DNA of 60,035 bases from assembly GCA_043802785.1 (NCBI GenBank), contig JAZDKR010000010.1:1-60035 (forward strand), written 5' to 3'. Shown in pieces: positions 20,246 to 30,184 of the stretch (position 1 is its first letter; the number at the start of each line of letters is the position of its first letter). This DNA is from Elusimicrobiota bacterium (GTDB taxonomy: Bacteria > Elusimicrobiota > UBA8919). The position numbers and the translations under genes were made by a program. The notes under the pieces are model-generated. The model saw only the letters and a list, made by a program, of their open reading frames with translations, did no database searches and had not been told where the DNA came from.

Positions 20246-21079
20246 CTATTTCTCTGGTAGTTTTCTAATTTTTAAGGATTGTTCCAAAAAGTTGCTTTTT
20301 GAAACAATGGATTTGCCCAACCTTTTTTCAAGCCGTTTTCTTGCGTTACCAGCGATATCTCCGCCATCTTTTGCATCGGCTTTCAATTTTGGAACACCAT
20401 GCGAATCTTCAGTGCGGTGGATTTCGGTAGTCGCTCTTTCTCCCAACATTGTAAAAATCAGTTCAAAATCATCCATATGATCACGCAGGTTTTCGCGTTT
20501 TAATCCTTTGAAATTTTTATACTCCGATGGTGTAACTCCAAAAGTCGCCTTTGATATTTCTGCGGTGAGAATCTCATAATCTTTTTGCTCTTTTGCTCCG
20601 CGATTTTGCCATTCATCGGTCAGTTCTTCACGGATAGCAATGCCTCGCATTCTTTTTTCAATCCAGTCATCGGGATAACCTTTAAGTTTATAAAGCATTC
20701 TGGTTCTTTTTGTCGCAAGTTCTGGATTTTCTATTTCCTGGACTCGCTCATATCCAACTTTAGCCAGCCATCTTTTGAATGGTTCTGCTTTGGGAGACGG
20801 GATTGATTGAATGATGCGAAAAATACCTTCGGTATTCGCACAGTTTAACTTCTGTGCTCCACCTTCTGTGTCAATTGAAAGGGGGGTGGCAATTTGCCCC
20901 CACCCTTTAGAGAGTTCGAGGTCGCGTCGCCGCATATCTTTAATGTACCCTTCTGGCTGAACAGAATCGGTTAAAACAGCAACAACATCAACAATCACAA
21001 ACCACCATTCATTTTCATGAAGAGTTCTTCTTATCTGTCTTCCCTTAAACAAAGCAATTTGGGTTGATTCCATATTCAT
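20246..21079 (-). CDS. Bro-N domain protein (antirepressor-like)
   Basis: IRRTLHENEWWFVIVDVV, RIIQSIPSPKAEPFKRWLA and NLRDHMDDFELIF motifs. Confidence 0.82.
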   Translation of the reverse strand: MNMESTQIALFKGRQIRRTLHENEWWFVIVDVVAVLTDSVQPEGYIKDMRRRDLELSKGWGQIATPLSIDTEGGAQKLNCANTEGIFRIIQSIPSPKAEPFKRWLAKVGYERVQEIENPELATKRTRMLYKLKGYPDDWIEKRMRGIAIREELTDEWQNRGAKEQKDYEILTAEISKATFGVTPSEYKNFKGLKRENLRDHMDDFELIFTMLGERATTEIHRTEDSHGVPKLKADAKDGGDIAGNARKRLEKRLGKSIVSKSNFLEQSLKIRKLPEK

Positions 21080-24000
21080 TCTCCTGTTAAATACAATGAC
21101 AATATAACTTCTCTTTTCCCAAAGGTTGAGATATGTTCAACATAGTGACTTTCCAAAAGACGTTCTGGTATATGTGTTTGTAATGTTGCTAAAACTTTGA
21201 AGGGGTTCATTAAGTCCTGTTTCAGATTGTTTAATGCCTTTAGTGTTTCTTTTGTTGTTTGTTTCGGTAGTCCGCCTTCTTCAAGTTGAGTAATGACCTT
21301 TTTCAGATATAACTCCTGTTCATCTGTGAATTGTTTGGTGTTTTTAATAGTAATTTTTAAAACTCTTATCATATTTGAGGCACTATCCCGTCCTCCCATA
21401 TGCTCTGGCTTTATTATTTCTTCGGTTGTTGTAAATATAAATGCTTCTTTGTTTTTATCCAAAAGTTCATAATATTTTTCTGGTAGTTTTTCTTTTTTTT
21501 CATTGTGGTCGCTTTCAAGAAGTTTTGCAGAAGTGATAAAATCAAGTTCAACTGGGACGACAGGGTCTAAAGACCCTGTCCTACCTTGTATAATAAAAAA
21601 CTTTTGTAGTTTTCCCCGCCTGAAATATGTTAAAAGCGAATTTTCATGCTCGCTTTTCTTTTTTGCTGTGCGTGATTTTTTAGGAAGATGTTTTATTTTT
21701 TCAAATAATTCGGGATCTTTATCACGGATATTTTTTATGACCTGTAAATATTTTAGTTCGCTTTCCTCTGTTTCGTCCTCTCCTGTAAGTGTCTGTTTTG
21801 AAATCAATTTGTTAAATAATTCATGAGAACCAACAGGTTCTCCTTCCGTTAAAAGAGCAGCATCACCGCCTAATAGTGTTAAAAAAGAATGGATTTTTGA
21901 TTCTGCAATTTCTTTAAGTTTTATCTGGTTATTAGATTGTTTTGTTGGGAAAAAGTTAAAGGTATAAATCCTGTCGAATTTTGTATCAATACGGTTAATA
22001 CGACCAACTCTTTGCATCATTCTCGTTGGGTTCCAGGGAATATCATAATTGATAACAACATTTGAACGATGAAGATTGACGCCTTCGGACAAAACCTCAG
22101 TAGATACAAGCATTTGATAGTCGTCTTTTGGATGCCGTGCTTTCGCATCAAAGTTTTCAATCACTTTGTCGCGGATTGCCTCGCCGGAGCCGCCAGTAAA
22201 ACAAAGGGCAAGAGCGGGAAACTTTTCATTGATGTTTTTTGCCAGATATTCAGCAGTTTCCTTCGATTCGGTAAAGATAATCATCTTATTACTTTTCAGG
22301 AGAGGATTCTTGCCAAGTTCGTTTAAGAATTTAAGCAATTTGGGGTCCCTTGTAACATTTTGCCATTGTTCTCTAATTTGGATTAGAGTGGCAAGGTCAT
22401 TTTGTAGGATTCCCCTGAATTCTTTTTTAAAATCGCTGCTTGGGTATTTTTCAGCCTTTCCTTCATCAATCAGTATCTGGATTGCCTCATCATTATCGCC
22501 TTCCAATAACTCAAAAATTTTGTTAATGTATTTCTTGCTCACATAAACACTGCCCCTGTCAAATTCCTTGATGAACATTTCGTAAGAATGGATAAATCTA
22601 TCAATAGAATTTTTAAATGCGAAGAAACTGCTTTCCAACCTTTTTACCAGGAGGATTTTCATAAACTTCCCCATGTTTTTTTGAGCCAATTCCTCCGGTT
22701 GAGATATCTTTTCTTTAGAATAAAGCATTGGTGTGTATCTAGCATACTTGAATTTTTGTGTGATAAGTTCTATTGTCTTGTTGAAAATTTCATCTTCTTT
22801 ATCGTTGAGTTCATAGAAAAGCGGTTCTGGTTTTTCAACAATTGGGAATTTGATATTCTCTTTCTTCAAATCATCGGCAAAATATTTTTCTATCTCTGTT
22901 CTGGTTCTGCGCACCATAATATATTTTAGGATTTTCTCACGAATTTTCTGGGCGTTTTCCCTGACTATCTTAATATATTCAGCATAATCCGTTTTGCGGT
23001 CAAGTTTCTTTAACCTTTTGTTCAGTCGGTTAAAGAAACCCTCCAAATCAGGAAGGTTAGGAATGGTGCTTTTCCTGGCTTTCTGAAACAGTTTAATCTG
23101 GCTTAAAATATCTTTTGGGGAATTATTATATGGTGTTGCAGTGACAAGAATCACTCTTTTGCCCCGGCAGATTTCAGCCAACTTTTCATATGTAATATTT
23201 GTTTCCGTCCTAAATCGCTGTGCCTCATCTATGATGATATTGGTGTATTTTTCTGTTCCCCTGTCAATAACATCATCAAGTTTTCCAATAGATTCAAAAT
23301 CAGCAGATACCCTAAAATCAGAGAAAACATTAGTCCATGAGCCAGGATTTGCTTTTTCAAGAAGAATGGGTGGAGCAATTATGAGTGTTCTGCCATCAAG
23401 TTGACCAGCAAGCATTGCTGAAATATATGTTTTCCCAAGACCAACTACATCAGAAATAAAAACACCGCCATATTCTAGAAGAATTTTTTTAGCATTCAAG
23501 ACCGCTTGTTCTTGATATTCAAGTTTTTTAAATTCCTGTGGCAGATATTTGAGAAATACCTCGTCTGTCTGGCTTAACTCGTCCTTAAAATACTCGTATA
23601 AGAATTTTATGTAGAGTTGATAGGGTGTGATGTTTTGATTAAGCCATGTTTTATCCTCTACTGTCTGGATATATTTCTCGCTAACATCAACGGAATGTTC
23701 CCACAATTCTTCAAATTTCTGTTTGGCAAATTCGTAGTCAGCACGATTTTTTAACTCAACATTGAATTCAAGATTTTCAATAAGTCCTGCCTGAGTGAAA
23801 TTACTGGAGCCAGTAATAACCCTGCCAACATCTCTATCACTTTCGGTAAAAGTCATTATATAAAGTTTGGCATGGATATTTTGAGAAGGATAAACTCTTA
23901 TTTCTAATTTTTTGTTTTTGAGCCACTCTATAAATCTAATGACACCTTCTTCTACTTTTTGGTTATCATCAGAATCTTCCAATTCTTTTTCCACAAGGCA

Positions 24001-24294
24001 CTGAAATTCTTGTTTTGCCTCGGCATGCGAAAATTGAGAAGGAAGCCAGGTAGGTTCGCCTGTGGTGAACAAAGCAAATGTTTGACGGTTTGTGCTTATG
24101 CCAATAAGAATTCTGATTTTTTCGGTTCCTTCCAGAGATTTATATATTGCGTAAAAACCGCTTGTGTAAAAATAACCAACAAGACAATCAAAGAATTTTG
24201 TATCTTTTATTAAAACCTCAAATCGCTCTTTGAGATTTTGATTTGCTTCGTTTGTAATAAATGTTAAATCTGTTGTTATATTTTTAGTATTCAT
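21076..24294 (-). CDS. PLD (HKD) nuclease fused to an SF2/SNF2-like helicase
   Basis: HAKLY...GSSNFT (PLD); DVVGLGKT, DEAQ, TATP and QRVGRINR helicase motifs. Confidence 0.88.
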   Translation of the reverse strand: MNTKNITTDLTFITNEANQNLKERFEVLIKDTKFFDCLVGYFYTSGFYAIYKSLEGTEKIRILIGISTNRQTFALFTTGEPTWLPSQFSHAEAKQEFQCLVEKELEDSDDNQKVEEGVIRFIEWLKNKKLEIRVYPSQNIHAKLYIMTFTESDRDVGRVITGSSNFTQAGLIENLEFNVELKNRADYEFAKQKFEELWEHSVDVSEKYIQTVEDKTWLNQNITPYQLYIKFLYEYFKDELSQTDEVFLKYLPQEFKKLEYQEQAVLNAKKILLEYGGVFISDVVGLGKTYISAMLAGQLDGRTLIIAPPILLEKANPGSWTNVFSDFRVSADFESIGKLDDVIDRGTEKYTNIIIDEAQRFRTETNITYEKLAEICRGKRVILVTATPYNNSPKDILSQIKLFQKARKSTIPNLPDLEGFFNRLNKRLKKLDRKTDYAEYIKIVRENAQKIREKILKYIMVRRTRTEIEKYFADDLKKENIKFPIVEKPEPLFYELNDKEDEIFNKTIELITQKFKYARYTPMLYSKEKISQPEELAQKNMGKFMKILLVKRLESSFFAFKNSIDRFIHSYEMFIKEFDRGSVYVSKKYINKIFELLEGDNDEAIQILIDEGKAEKYPSSDFKKEFRGILQNDLATLIQIREQWQNVTRDPKLLKFLNELGKNPLLKSNKMIIFTESKETAEYLAKNINEKFPALALCFTGGSGEAIRDKVIENFDAKARHPKDDYQMLVSTEVLSEGVNLHRSNVVINYDIPWNPTRMMQRVGRINRIDTKFDRIYTFNFFPTKQSNNQIKLKEIAESKIHSFLTLLGGDAALLTEGEPVGSHELFNKLISKQTLTGEDETEESELKYLQVIKNIRDKDPELFEKIKHLPKKSRTAKKKSEHENSLLTYFRRGKLQKFFIIQGRTGSLDPVVPVELDFITSAKLLESDHNEKKEKLPEKYYELLDKNKEAFIFTTTEEIIKPEHMGGRDSASNMIRVLKITIKNTKQFTDEQELYLKKVITQLEEGGLPKQTTKETLKALNNLKQDLMNPFKVLATLQTHIPERLLESHYVEHISTFGKREVILSLYLTGE

Positions 24295-24689
24295 AACCTC
24301 ATTTTTTCTACAATTTCTTTTTCTATATCGTAAATCGTAAATCTGATTTTTTTGAATTTTGAACCAGCTGATGCAGAAATAATTTTTGAGAATTCTTCAA
24401 GCACTCTTAATGACTCTTCAGCCCTTTTTATATTTGAGACAACAACTGAAAAACTGTCTTTTTTACCGAGTTCTTTTGTTTCGCGAAAAATATCACTTTT
24501 GCTGTCCCGAGATAAGACCAACTGCGGATAGACGGTTCTTGTGATTCTGTCTATTTGGTGTCGCTGATTTTTTATTTTAGATGATAAATTTTCGTCGGAT
24601 AATATGAATCTCGAAAAATCTTCAATAACACGGAGTCCTTCTCTGGCTCTATTTATGTTGGCATCAATAATTCTTAATGTTTTTTTCAT
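24291..24689 (-). CDS. ThiD2-family protein (N-terminal domain of thiamine-phosphate synthase)
   Basis: LRIIDANINRAREGLRVIED and NIKRAEESLRVLEE motifs. Start moved to ATG 24689; the stop overlaps the helicase ATG. Confidence 0.85.
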   Translation of the reverse strand: MKKTLRIIDANINRAREGLRVIEDFSRFILSDENLSSKIKNQRHQIDRITRTVYPQLVLSRDSKSDIFRETKELGKKDSFSVVVSNIKRAEESLRVLEEFSKIISASAGSKFKKIRFTIYDIEKEIVEKMRL

Positions 24690-24726
24690 TATGAGATTAT
24701 GAAATATCTCTATTTTTGTTTGTGAT

Positions 24727-24777
24727 GTAGTGCCCCGATTCATCGGAGCTAAAAGCGACCATAAATGGTCGCACTAC
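24727..24777. repeat. GTAG...CTAC REP doublet
   Basis: GTAGTGCCCCGATTCATCGGAGC...GCGACCATAAATGGTCGCACTAC; a similar doublet lies at about 30108-30156. Confidence 0.7.
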
Positions 24778-24783
24778 AAATAT

Positions 24784-25254
24784 CTACAAAATATTTTTAG
24801 TATAAGCGTTGATTATTTTTGAGGAAGAATGACCTTTAACGAGAGGGATTCTTACAACTTTTCCAGCGAATTCACTACCGACAATTTTTCCATTTTTCCA
24901 GTCGGCACCTTTCACAAGAACATCAGGTTGGATTTTTTTTATAAGTTCAAAGGGTGCGGGTTGCGAAAATTTCACGACAAAATCAACTGAAGATATGGCG
25001 GCAAGAACTTCTGCTCTTTCATTCTCAGAAATTATCGGACGGTGTTTGCCTTTTATTTTTTTTACGGACGAATCGGAGTTTAAGCCGACTATTAAAATAT
25101 CTCCGAACGATTTCGCTTTTTCAAGAAGACGAATATGCCCTATATGTAGTATATCAAAACATCCGTTTGTAAAAACAATTTTTCTGTCGGATTTTTTTAA
25201 TTTTTGAACGGTTTTTGCGATTTGATTTTGTGATTTTACTTTAGAAAATTTCAT
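24784..25254 (-). CDS. rfaE2: D-glycero-beta-D-manno-heptose 1-phosphate adenylyltransferase
   Basis: VFTNGCFDILHIGH, GLNSDSSV and PDVLVKGAD motifs. Confidence 0.93.
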   Translation of the reverse strand: MKFSKVKSQNQIAKTVQKLKKSDRKIVFTNGCFDILHIGHIRLLEKAKSFGDILIVGLNSDSSVKKIKGKHRPIISENERAEVLAAISSVDFVVKFSQPAPFELIKKIQPDVLVKGADWKNGKIVGSEFAGKVVRIPLVKGHSSSKIINAYTKNIL

Positions 25255-25804
25255 CTTCAACAAGTTTGCAGATAATATGCCCGACGGTAATGTGCACTTC
25301 TTGGATTCTTGCAGTTACATTTGACGGGACTTCTAAAATTATATCACAAACGCTTTTTAATTTTCCACCATTGGAACCTGTAAAACCAACAACAATTGCA
25401 CCCTGTTTTTTTGACTGTTTTGCACCTTCAATAACATTTTTGGAATTTCCACTGGTAGAAATCGCTATGACAATATCACCTTTGATAACTGTTGATTCAA
25501 CTTGCCGCGAAAAAATTTTATCAAAACTATAATCATTAGCAATTGCAGTTAAAGTAGATGTGTTAGTCGTAAGTGAAATCGCACTAAGCGATTTTCTTTC
25601 TTTTTCAAAACGACTCACAAGTTCCGTGACTATATGCTGAGCATCCGATGCGGAACCACCATTACCAAAAATAACAACTTTTCTATCATTACGATAACAT
25701 TTTATTATTTCTCTGGTAATTTTTTCAATTACATCAACAAGCAATTTTGATTTTTTCTTTACTTCAAGACATTCGTCTATAATTTGTAAAATTTTCTGTT
25801 TCAT
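25241..25804 (-). CDS. gmhA: D-sedoheptulose 7-phosphate isomerase
   Basis: FGNGGSASDAQH, TAIANDY, ISTSGNS and ARIQEVHI motifs. The N-terminal 65 aa of the supplied ORF are repeat-derived, so the start was moved to 25804. Confidence 0.95.
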   Translation of the reverse strand: MKQKILQIIDECLEVKKKSKLLVDVIEKITREIIKCYRNDRKVVIFGNGGSASDAQHIVTELVSRFEKERKSLSAISLTTNTSTLTAIANDYSFDKIFSRQVESTVIKGDIVIAISTSGNSKNVIEGAKQSKKQGAIVVGFTGSNGGKLKSVCDIILEVPSNVTARIQEVHITVGHIICKLVEDEIF

Positions 25805-25870
25805 TTTTTTTGCTTCGCAGGAACGACCTAAATCTTCAATCTTCTTTCCACTTTTTCTTACAGAGAACAA

Positions 25871-26181
25871 GAACGACAACGATAATAAACGCACCCTGAA
25901 GGGTGCGGCTACCAAAGGAACTCGCACTACGGAACAAAAATTGTAGCGTCCCGATGTAACATCGGGACGATTGAATACGATTTCTTCGTCCAGGAACATC
26001 CGAACAGCCGTCCAACTGAAGTTGGACGCTACAGTTGGACGCTACAGTTGGACGCTACAAGCCACCAGCCACCAGCCACAATGATATGGTCGCTTATTGA
26101 GTTTTCGATATAACGAGAACGACAACGATAATAAACGCACCCTGAAGGGTGCGGCTACCAAAGGAACTCGCACTACGGAAC
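25871..26181. repeat. Composite repeat: two identical 65-bp units flanking smaller palindromes and tandem repeats
   Basis: 25871-25935 = 26117-26181 (contains GCACCCTGAAGGGTGC); between them CCCGATGTAACATCGGG, GTTGGACGCTACA x3 and GCCACCA repeats. Confidence 0.85.
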
Positions 26182-26303
26182 GACTAAAACAATATATCAC
26201 TCTTCCACAATTGAATGTGTTGGATCTGGAAGAATGGTTATGCCAGCCGCAATGGCAGCATGGACACAGAATGCCGTGTCCATATAAAATCTTTATTCGG
26301 TTA

Positions 26304-27653
26304 TCATTTTTCTCCGTATAGATGCTTCTGTATAAAATTGGTGTAAATTTCGCCTTTTTTGAAATGGTCGTTTGCCAGAACCATTCTGTGAAATGGAATA
26401 GTCGTTTTAATTCCAGCGATTTCAAACTCCGAAAGTGCACGCTGCATTTTTGCGATTGCCTTTTCTCGAGTTTCCTCAATTACAAGCATCTTCGCAAGCA
26501 AACTATCATAAGCAGACGGCACAGTATACCCGTCATAAATATGGGTATCTAATCTTACACCAGGACCACCAGGAAAAATTATAGATTCAATCCTGCCAGG
26601 ACTCGGAATGAAATCTTTTTCAGGATCTTCCGCATTAATTCTGCATTCTATAACATGCCCTTTAATTATAATATCATTATAATCATAGTCCAACAATTCG
26701 CCGGAAGCAAGACGAATCTGTTCTTTAACCAGGTCAATTCCGGAGACAAGTTCCGTCACAGGATGCTCAACCTGAATTCTCGTATTCATTTCCATAAAAT
26801 AAAAATTTTCTTTTTTATCAACCAAAAACTCAATTGTTCCGGCGGTAACATAATCAACCGATTTGGCAGCCAGCCGAGCATAATGCCCCATTTTTTTTCT
26901 CAATTTTGGTGAAATGTTAGACGGTGATTCCTCAATTAGTTTCTGATGTCTCCTCTGAATAGAGCAGTCCCTTTCTGGAAAAGAAACCACATTCCCTTTT
27001 ACATCGCCGAGAATCTGAAACTCAATGTGCCTCGGTTCTTCAAGATATTTTTCAAGATAAACATCCCCATTACCAAATGCCGCTTTTGCTTCCGTCTGTG
27101 CGGTAATTATCGCATTTTTAAGCGAATCTTCCGACGGAACAATACGCATTCCCTTACCGCCACCGCCGGCAGATGCTTTTACAATCAAAGGATACCCGAT
27201 TTTTTTCGCAATCTTAAAAAGTTTCGGATTTTCAGCAGTGATACATTCCTCAGTCCCGGGAATCGTGGGAACTCCGGCTTTTTTCATTATTTGTTTTGCC
27301 GTTGATTTATCACCCATCTGCTGAATTGCCGTTTTTGATGGCCCTATAAATTTTATATTGCACGACTCACAGACATCAGCAAAATATGTGTTCTCTGCAA
27401 GAAATCCGTAGCCGGGATGAATAGCATCCGCACCAGTTATCTCAGCGGCAGAAATTATATTTGCAATGTTCAGATAACTTTCCTGTGAATGTGCGGGACC
27501 GATACAAACGGATTCGTCGGCAAATTTTACATGAAGACACTCGGCATCAATATCGGAATGAACAGCAACAGTTCTTATCCCCATCTCACGACAGGCACGG
27601 ATAATCCTTACTGCTATTTCACCTCTGTTTGCTATCAGAATTTTATTAAACAT
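26304..27653 (-). CDS. accC: Acetyl-CoA carboxylase biotin carboxylase subunit
   Basis: [30 protein letters not shown] and [14 protein letters not shown] motifs. Confidence 0.98.
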   Translation of the reverse strand: MFNKILIANRGEIAVRIIRACREMGIRTVAVHSDIDAECLHVKFADESVCIGPAHSQESYLNIANIISAAEITGADAIHPGYGFLAENTYFADVCESCNIKFIGPSKTAIQQMGDKSTAKQIMKKAGVPTIPGTEECITAENPKLFKIAKKIGYPLIVKASAGGGGKGMRIVPSEDSLKNAIITAQTEAKAAFGNGDVYLEKYLEEPRHIEFQILGDVKGNVVSFPERDCSIQRRHQKLIEESPSNISPKLRKKMGHYARLAAKSVDYVTAGTIEFLVDKKENFYFMEMNTRIQVEHPVTELVSGIDLVKEQIRLASGELLDYDYNDIIIKGHVIECRINAEDPEKDFIPSPGRIESIIFPGGPGVRLDTHIYDGYTVPSAYDSLLAKMLVIEETREKAIAKMQRALSEFEIAGIKTTIPFHRMVLANDHFKKGEIYTNFIQKHLYGEK

Positions 27654-27665
27654 ATATTTACTAAA

Positions 27666-27804
27666 TCAGAGATTAAGAGATTAAGAGATTAAGAGATTGA
27701 GATATTGAGATATTGAGAGATTGAGTTTTTCTTATTCTCTAATCTCTATTCTCTATTCTCTATTTCCCTAATCTCTACCTTTTCAATTTCCTAATCTCCA
27801 TTTG
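27666..27804. repeat. Convergent heptamer arrays (GAGATTA/GAGATAT vs TAATCTC/TATTCTC)
   Basis: Visible 7-mer arrays between accB and accC. Confidence 0.8.
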
Positions 27805-28266
27805 CTATTCTCTATTCTCCGCCTTCGTCTCTGTAATCTGTGGCTCTACTTCAAAAAGCGGCTGTCCGTATTCAACAGGATGATTATCGGCAACCAACAC
27901 CTTTATTATTTTTCCAGCAATTTGTGAAGTTACTTCTTTCATCACCTTCATCGCCTCAACAATGCACACTTTTTGACCTACCGATACAAAATCACCTTCT
28001 TCAACAAGCGACTTTCCACCCGGTATTGCCGAACGCAAAAATGTCCCGACCATTGTTGATTTAATCTGATTTTCACTTGAATAAACCGGCCGAACCAATT
28101 CTTTGTTATTAGATTTCGGAGGTTCTATAGCAATTTTTTCCGACGATGTAAAAGAAACATCTTTCCTTTTGAAACCGGATTTTTCTCCGTTCTTTTCTAA
28201 CCAGATTTCTTCAATATCCGTATCTTTTATCGCGTCAAGAATTAATTTTATTTTTTCTATTTCCAT
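27805..28266 (-). CDS. accB: Biotin carboxyl carrier protein
   Basis: IVEAMKVMKEV biotinylation motif and VEYGQPLF; upstream of accC. Confidence 0.95.
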   Translation of the reverse strand: MEIEKIKLILDAIKDTDIEEIWLEKNGEKSGFKRKDVSFTSSEKIAIEPPKSNNKELVRPVYSSENQIKSTMVGTFLRSAIPGGKSLVEEGDFVSVGQKVCIVEAMKVMKEVTSQIAGKIIKVLVADNHPVEYGQPLFEVEPQITETKAENRE

Positions 28267-28353
28267 TGTTCGCTCCGCTCACACGCGAATTATCGCAAAT
28301 CTAACGCTAATATTCGCGAATATTCGCGTTCTTTCATTCGCGTGTATTCGCGT

Positions 28354-28917
28354 TTACTTAGAGACCCGTTCCACATACTCACCGGTGCGAGTATCAATTT
28401 TTACAATATCTCCCTCTTTAATAAAAAGCGGTAACTGAACCTCTATCCCTGTTTCAAGTGTTGCCGGTTTAACCAAATTTGACACAGAATCGCCCCTGAA
28501 TCCCGGAACGGTTGAAACAACTTTCAATTCCACATTCAAAGGTACATCCATTGTTAAAAATTTATCGTCAATATAAATCGCTTCAACCTCTGCGTCTGGC
28601 TTCAAGAATTTCACGATGTCACCAATCTTTTCTTTCTGCATCGTTATCTGCTCGTAATTTTCCATATCCATAAAAATGTAATCATTACCAGAAGAATACA
28701 AAAATTGTTTTTTCTTTCTCGTTAGTGAAACCTCTTCAAACTTTGTGCCCGATTTGAAAGTTCTTTCGGTAATTGCACCCGTCTCAAGATTTTTTAGTTT
28801 CACACGCATTATAGCCCCACCTTTTCCGGGTTTATGATGCTGAAACCATGCAACGACACACGGTGCCCCGTCCACCTTAATGGTTAATCCATTTTTAAAA
28901 TCAGAAGTATTTATCAT
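28354..28917 (-). CDS. efp: Elongation factor P
   Basis: HHKPGKGGA, KPATLETG and KIDTRTGEYVER motifs. Confidence 0.98.
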   Translation of the reverse strand: MINTSDFKNGLTIKVDGAPCVVAWFQHHKPGKGGAIMRVKLKNLETGAITERTFKSGTKFEEVSLTRKKKQFLYSSGNDYIFMDMENYEQITMQKEKIGDIVKFLKPDAEVEAIYIDDKFLTMDVPLNVELKVVSTVPGFRGDSVSNLVKPATLETGIEVQLPLFIKEGDIVKIDTRTGEYVERVSK

Positions 28918-28977
28918 TTATTTTTTAACCACTAATGAACACGAAGCAACAGGAAATCATCAGTGTTCATTTGCGGT

Positions 28978-30030
28978 TCATCTCGTTAAAACCTCGTAAC
29001 CGGTTTTTGTTACCAAAACCGTGTCCTCTATACGAATGCCGAATCTATTTGGGATATAAATTCCCGGCTCAACCGTTACAATCATTCCTGCTTTTAATAC
29101 CATTTCGGATTTTGCAAAAATTGACGGCTCTTCGTGAATATCAATTCCTACTCCGTGCCCAGTTCCGTGGATAAAGTATTTCCCAAAACTATTTTTATCT
29201 ATAAAATTTCTTGCAGCAAAATCAACTTTTTTACAAGATGCACCGTCTTTAATAACGCTTATTGCTTTTTTCTGTGACTCTTTTACAATCTCAAACACAT
29301 TTTCAGCGTACCTGCTTATTTTACCTAAAAAAAATGTTCTTGTCAAGTCGGAATTATAATTCTCATAAATACAACCCAAGTCAACAAGAACTACATCGTC
29401 TTTTTGGATTTTCCTGTTTGTTGGTTTATGGTGAGGGTTCGCGGTATTTTCCCCCGATGCAACAATTATATCAAATGCAGATTTTTCGGCACCGGATTTT
29501 CTTAAAAAATATTCCAACTCGTCAGCAAGTTCTTTTTCAGTTATACCCGCTTTGAGTTTTTTCGAGGTGTATGTAATTGCTTTTTGGGAAATTTTACACG
29601 CAGTTTTTATTTTTTTAATTTCGCTTTGGTCTTTTATCTGACGAATACCTTCAATAAAATTTGAGCAACTTTTCCAAGTAGGTTCGCCTGTGGCGAAAAA
29701 CTTAACACCCTTAATCTTTTCTAATTTCTCTAAACGGGCAACTGAAATACTGTTATCAAACCCTATTTTTTTGTTTTTGTACCTTCGGAAAAATTTATCA
29801 GACGCTATCTGTATCCGCCATGGCGGACAATTTGCATACTTTTCTGCCGACGGATAATTTAATTTGGATACAACCAAAATTATATCTTTTCTGGAAACAA
29901 AAACAAAAGAATTTTCTAATCTTATGCCAGTTAGATACAAAATGTTTGACGGATTAAATGAAACAAATCCATCCAATAATTCTTTCGCAATTTTTTCCTG
30001 CAGATTTTTTATTCGCAAGTTCATTTTCAA
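28978..30030 (-). CDS. Xaa-Pro aminopeptidase (M24B)
   Basis: DLG...SDLTRT, HGTGHGVGIDIHEEP, TVEPGIY and GIRIED motifs; precedes efp. Confidence 0.93.
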   Translation of the reverse strand: MKMNLRIKNLQEKIAKELLDGFVSFNPSNILYLTGIRLENSFVFVSRKDIILVVSKLNYPSAEKYANCPPWRIQIASDKFFRRYKNKKIGFDNSISVARLEKLEKIKGVKFFATGEPTWKSCSNFIEGIRQIKDQSEIKKIKTACKISQKAITYTSKKLKAGITEKELADELEYFLRKSGAEKSAFDIIVASGENTANPHHKPTNRKIQKDDVVLVDLGCIYENYNSDLTRTFFLGKISRYAENVFEIVKESQKKAISVIKDGASCKKVDFAARNFIDKNSFGKYFIHGTGHGVGIDIHEEPSIFAKSEMVLKAGMIVTVEPGIYIPNRFGIRIEDTVLVTKTGYEVLTR

Positions 30031-30184
30031 GAAAGTCCGCCACGGCGGATAACCAAGTCAAAGACATTAGCCACGGAGGACACGGAGGACACAGAGAAAA
30101 TCAGAGTAGTAGCGCGGGATTTTAACCTCGTCAAGCGACGATAAATCGTCGCACTACTTCAGTATTTTTCAGTGTTTATCTGCG

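Noticed and set aside
26042-26479. 145-aa ORF overlapping the accC end
   Set aside because: It is partly in an alternative frame of accC and partly repeat-derived (VVRVPLVAAPFRVRLLSLSF is the 65-bp repeat, also seen in the false gmhA extension).
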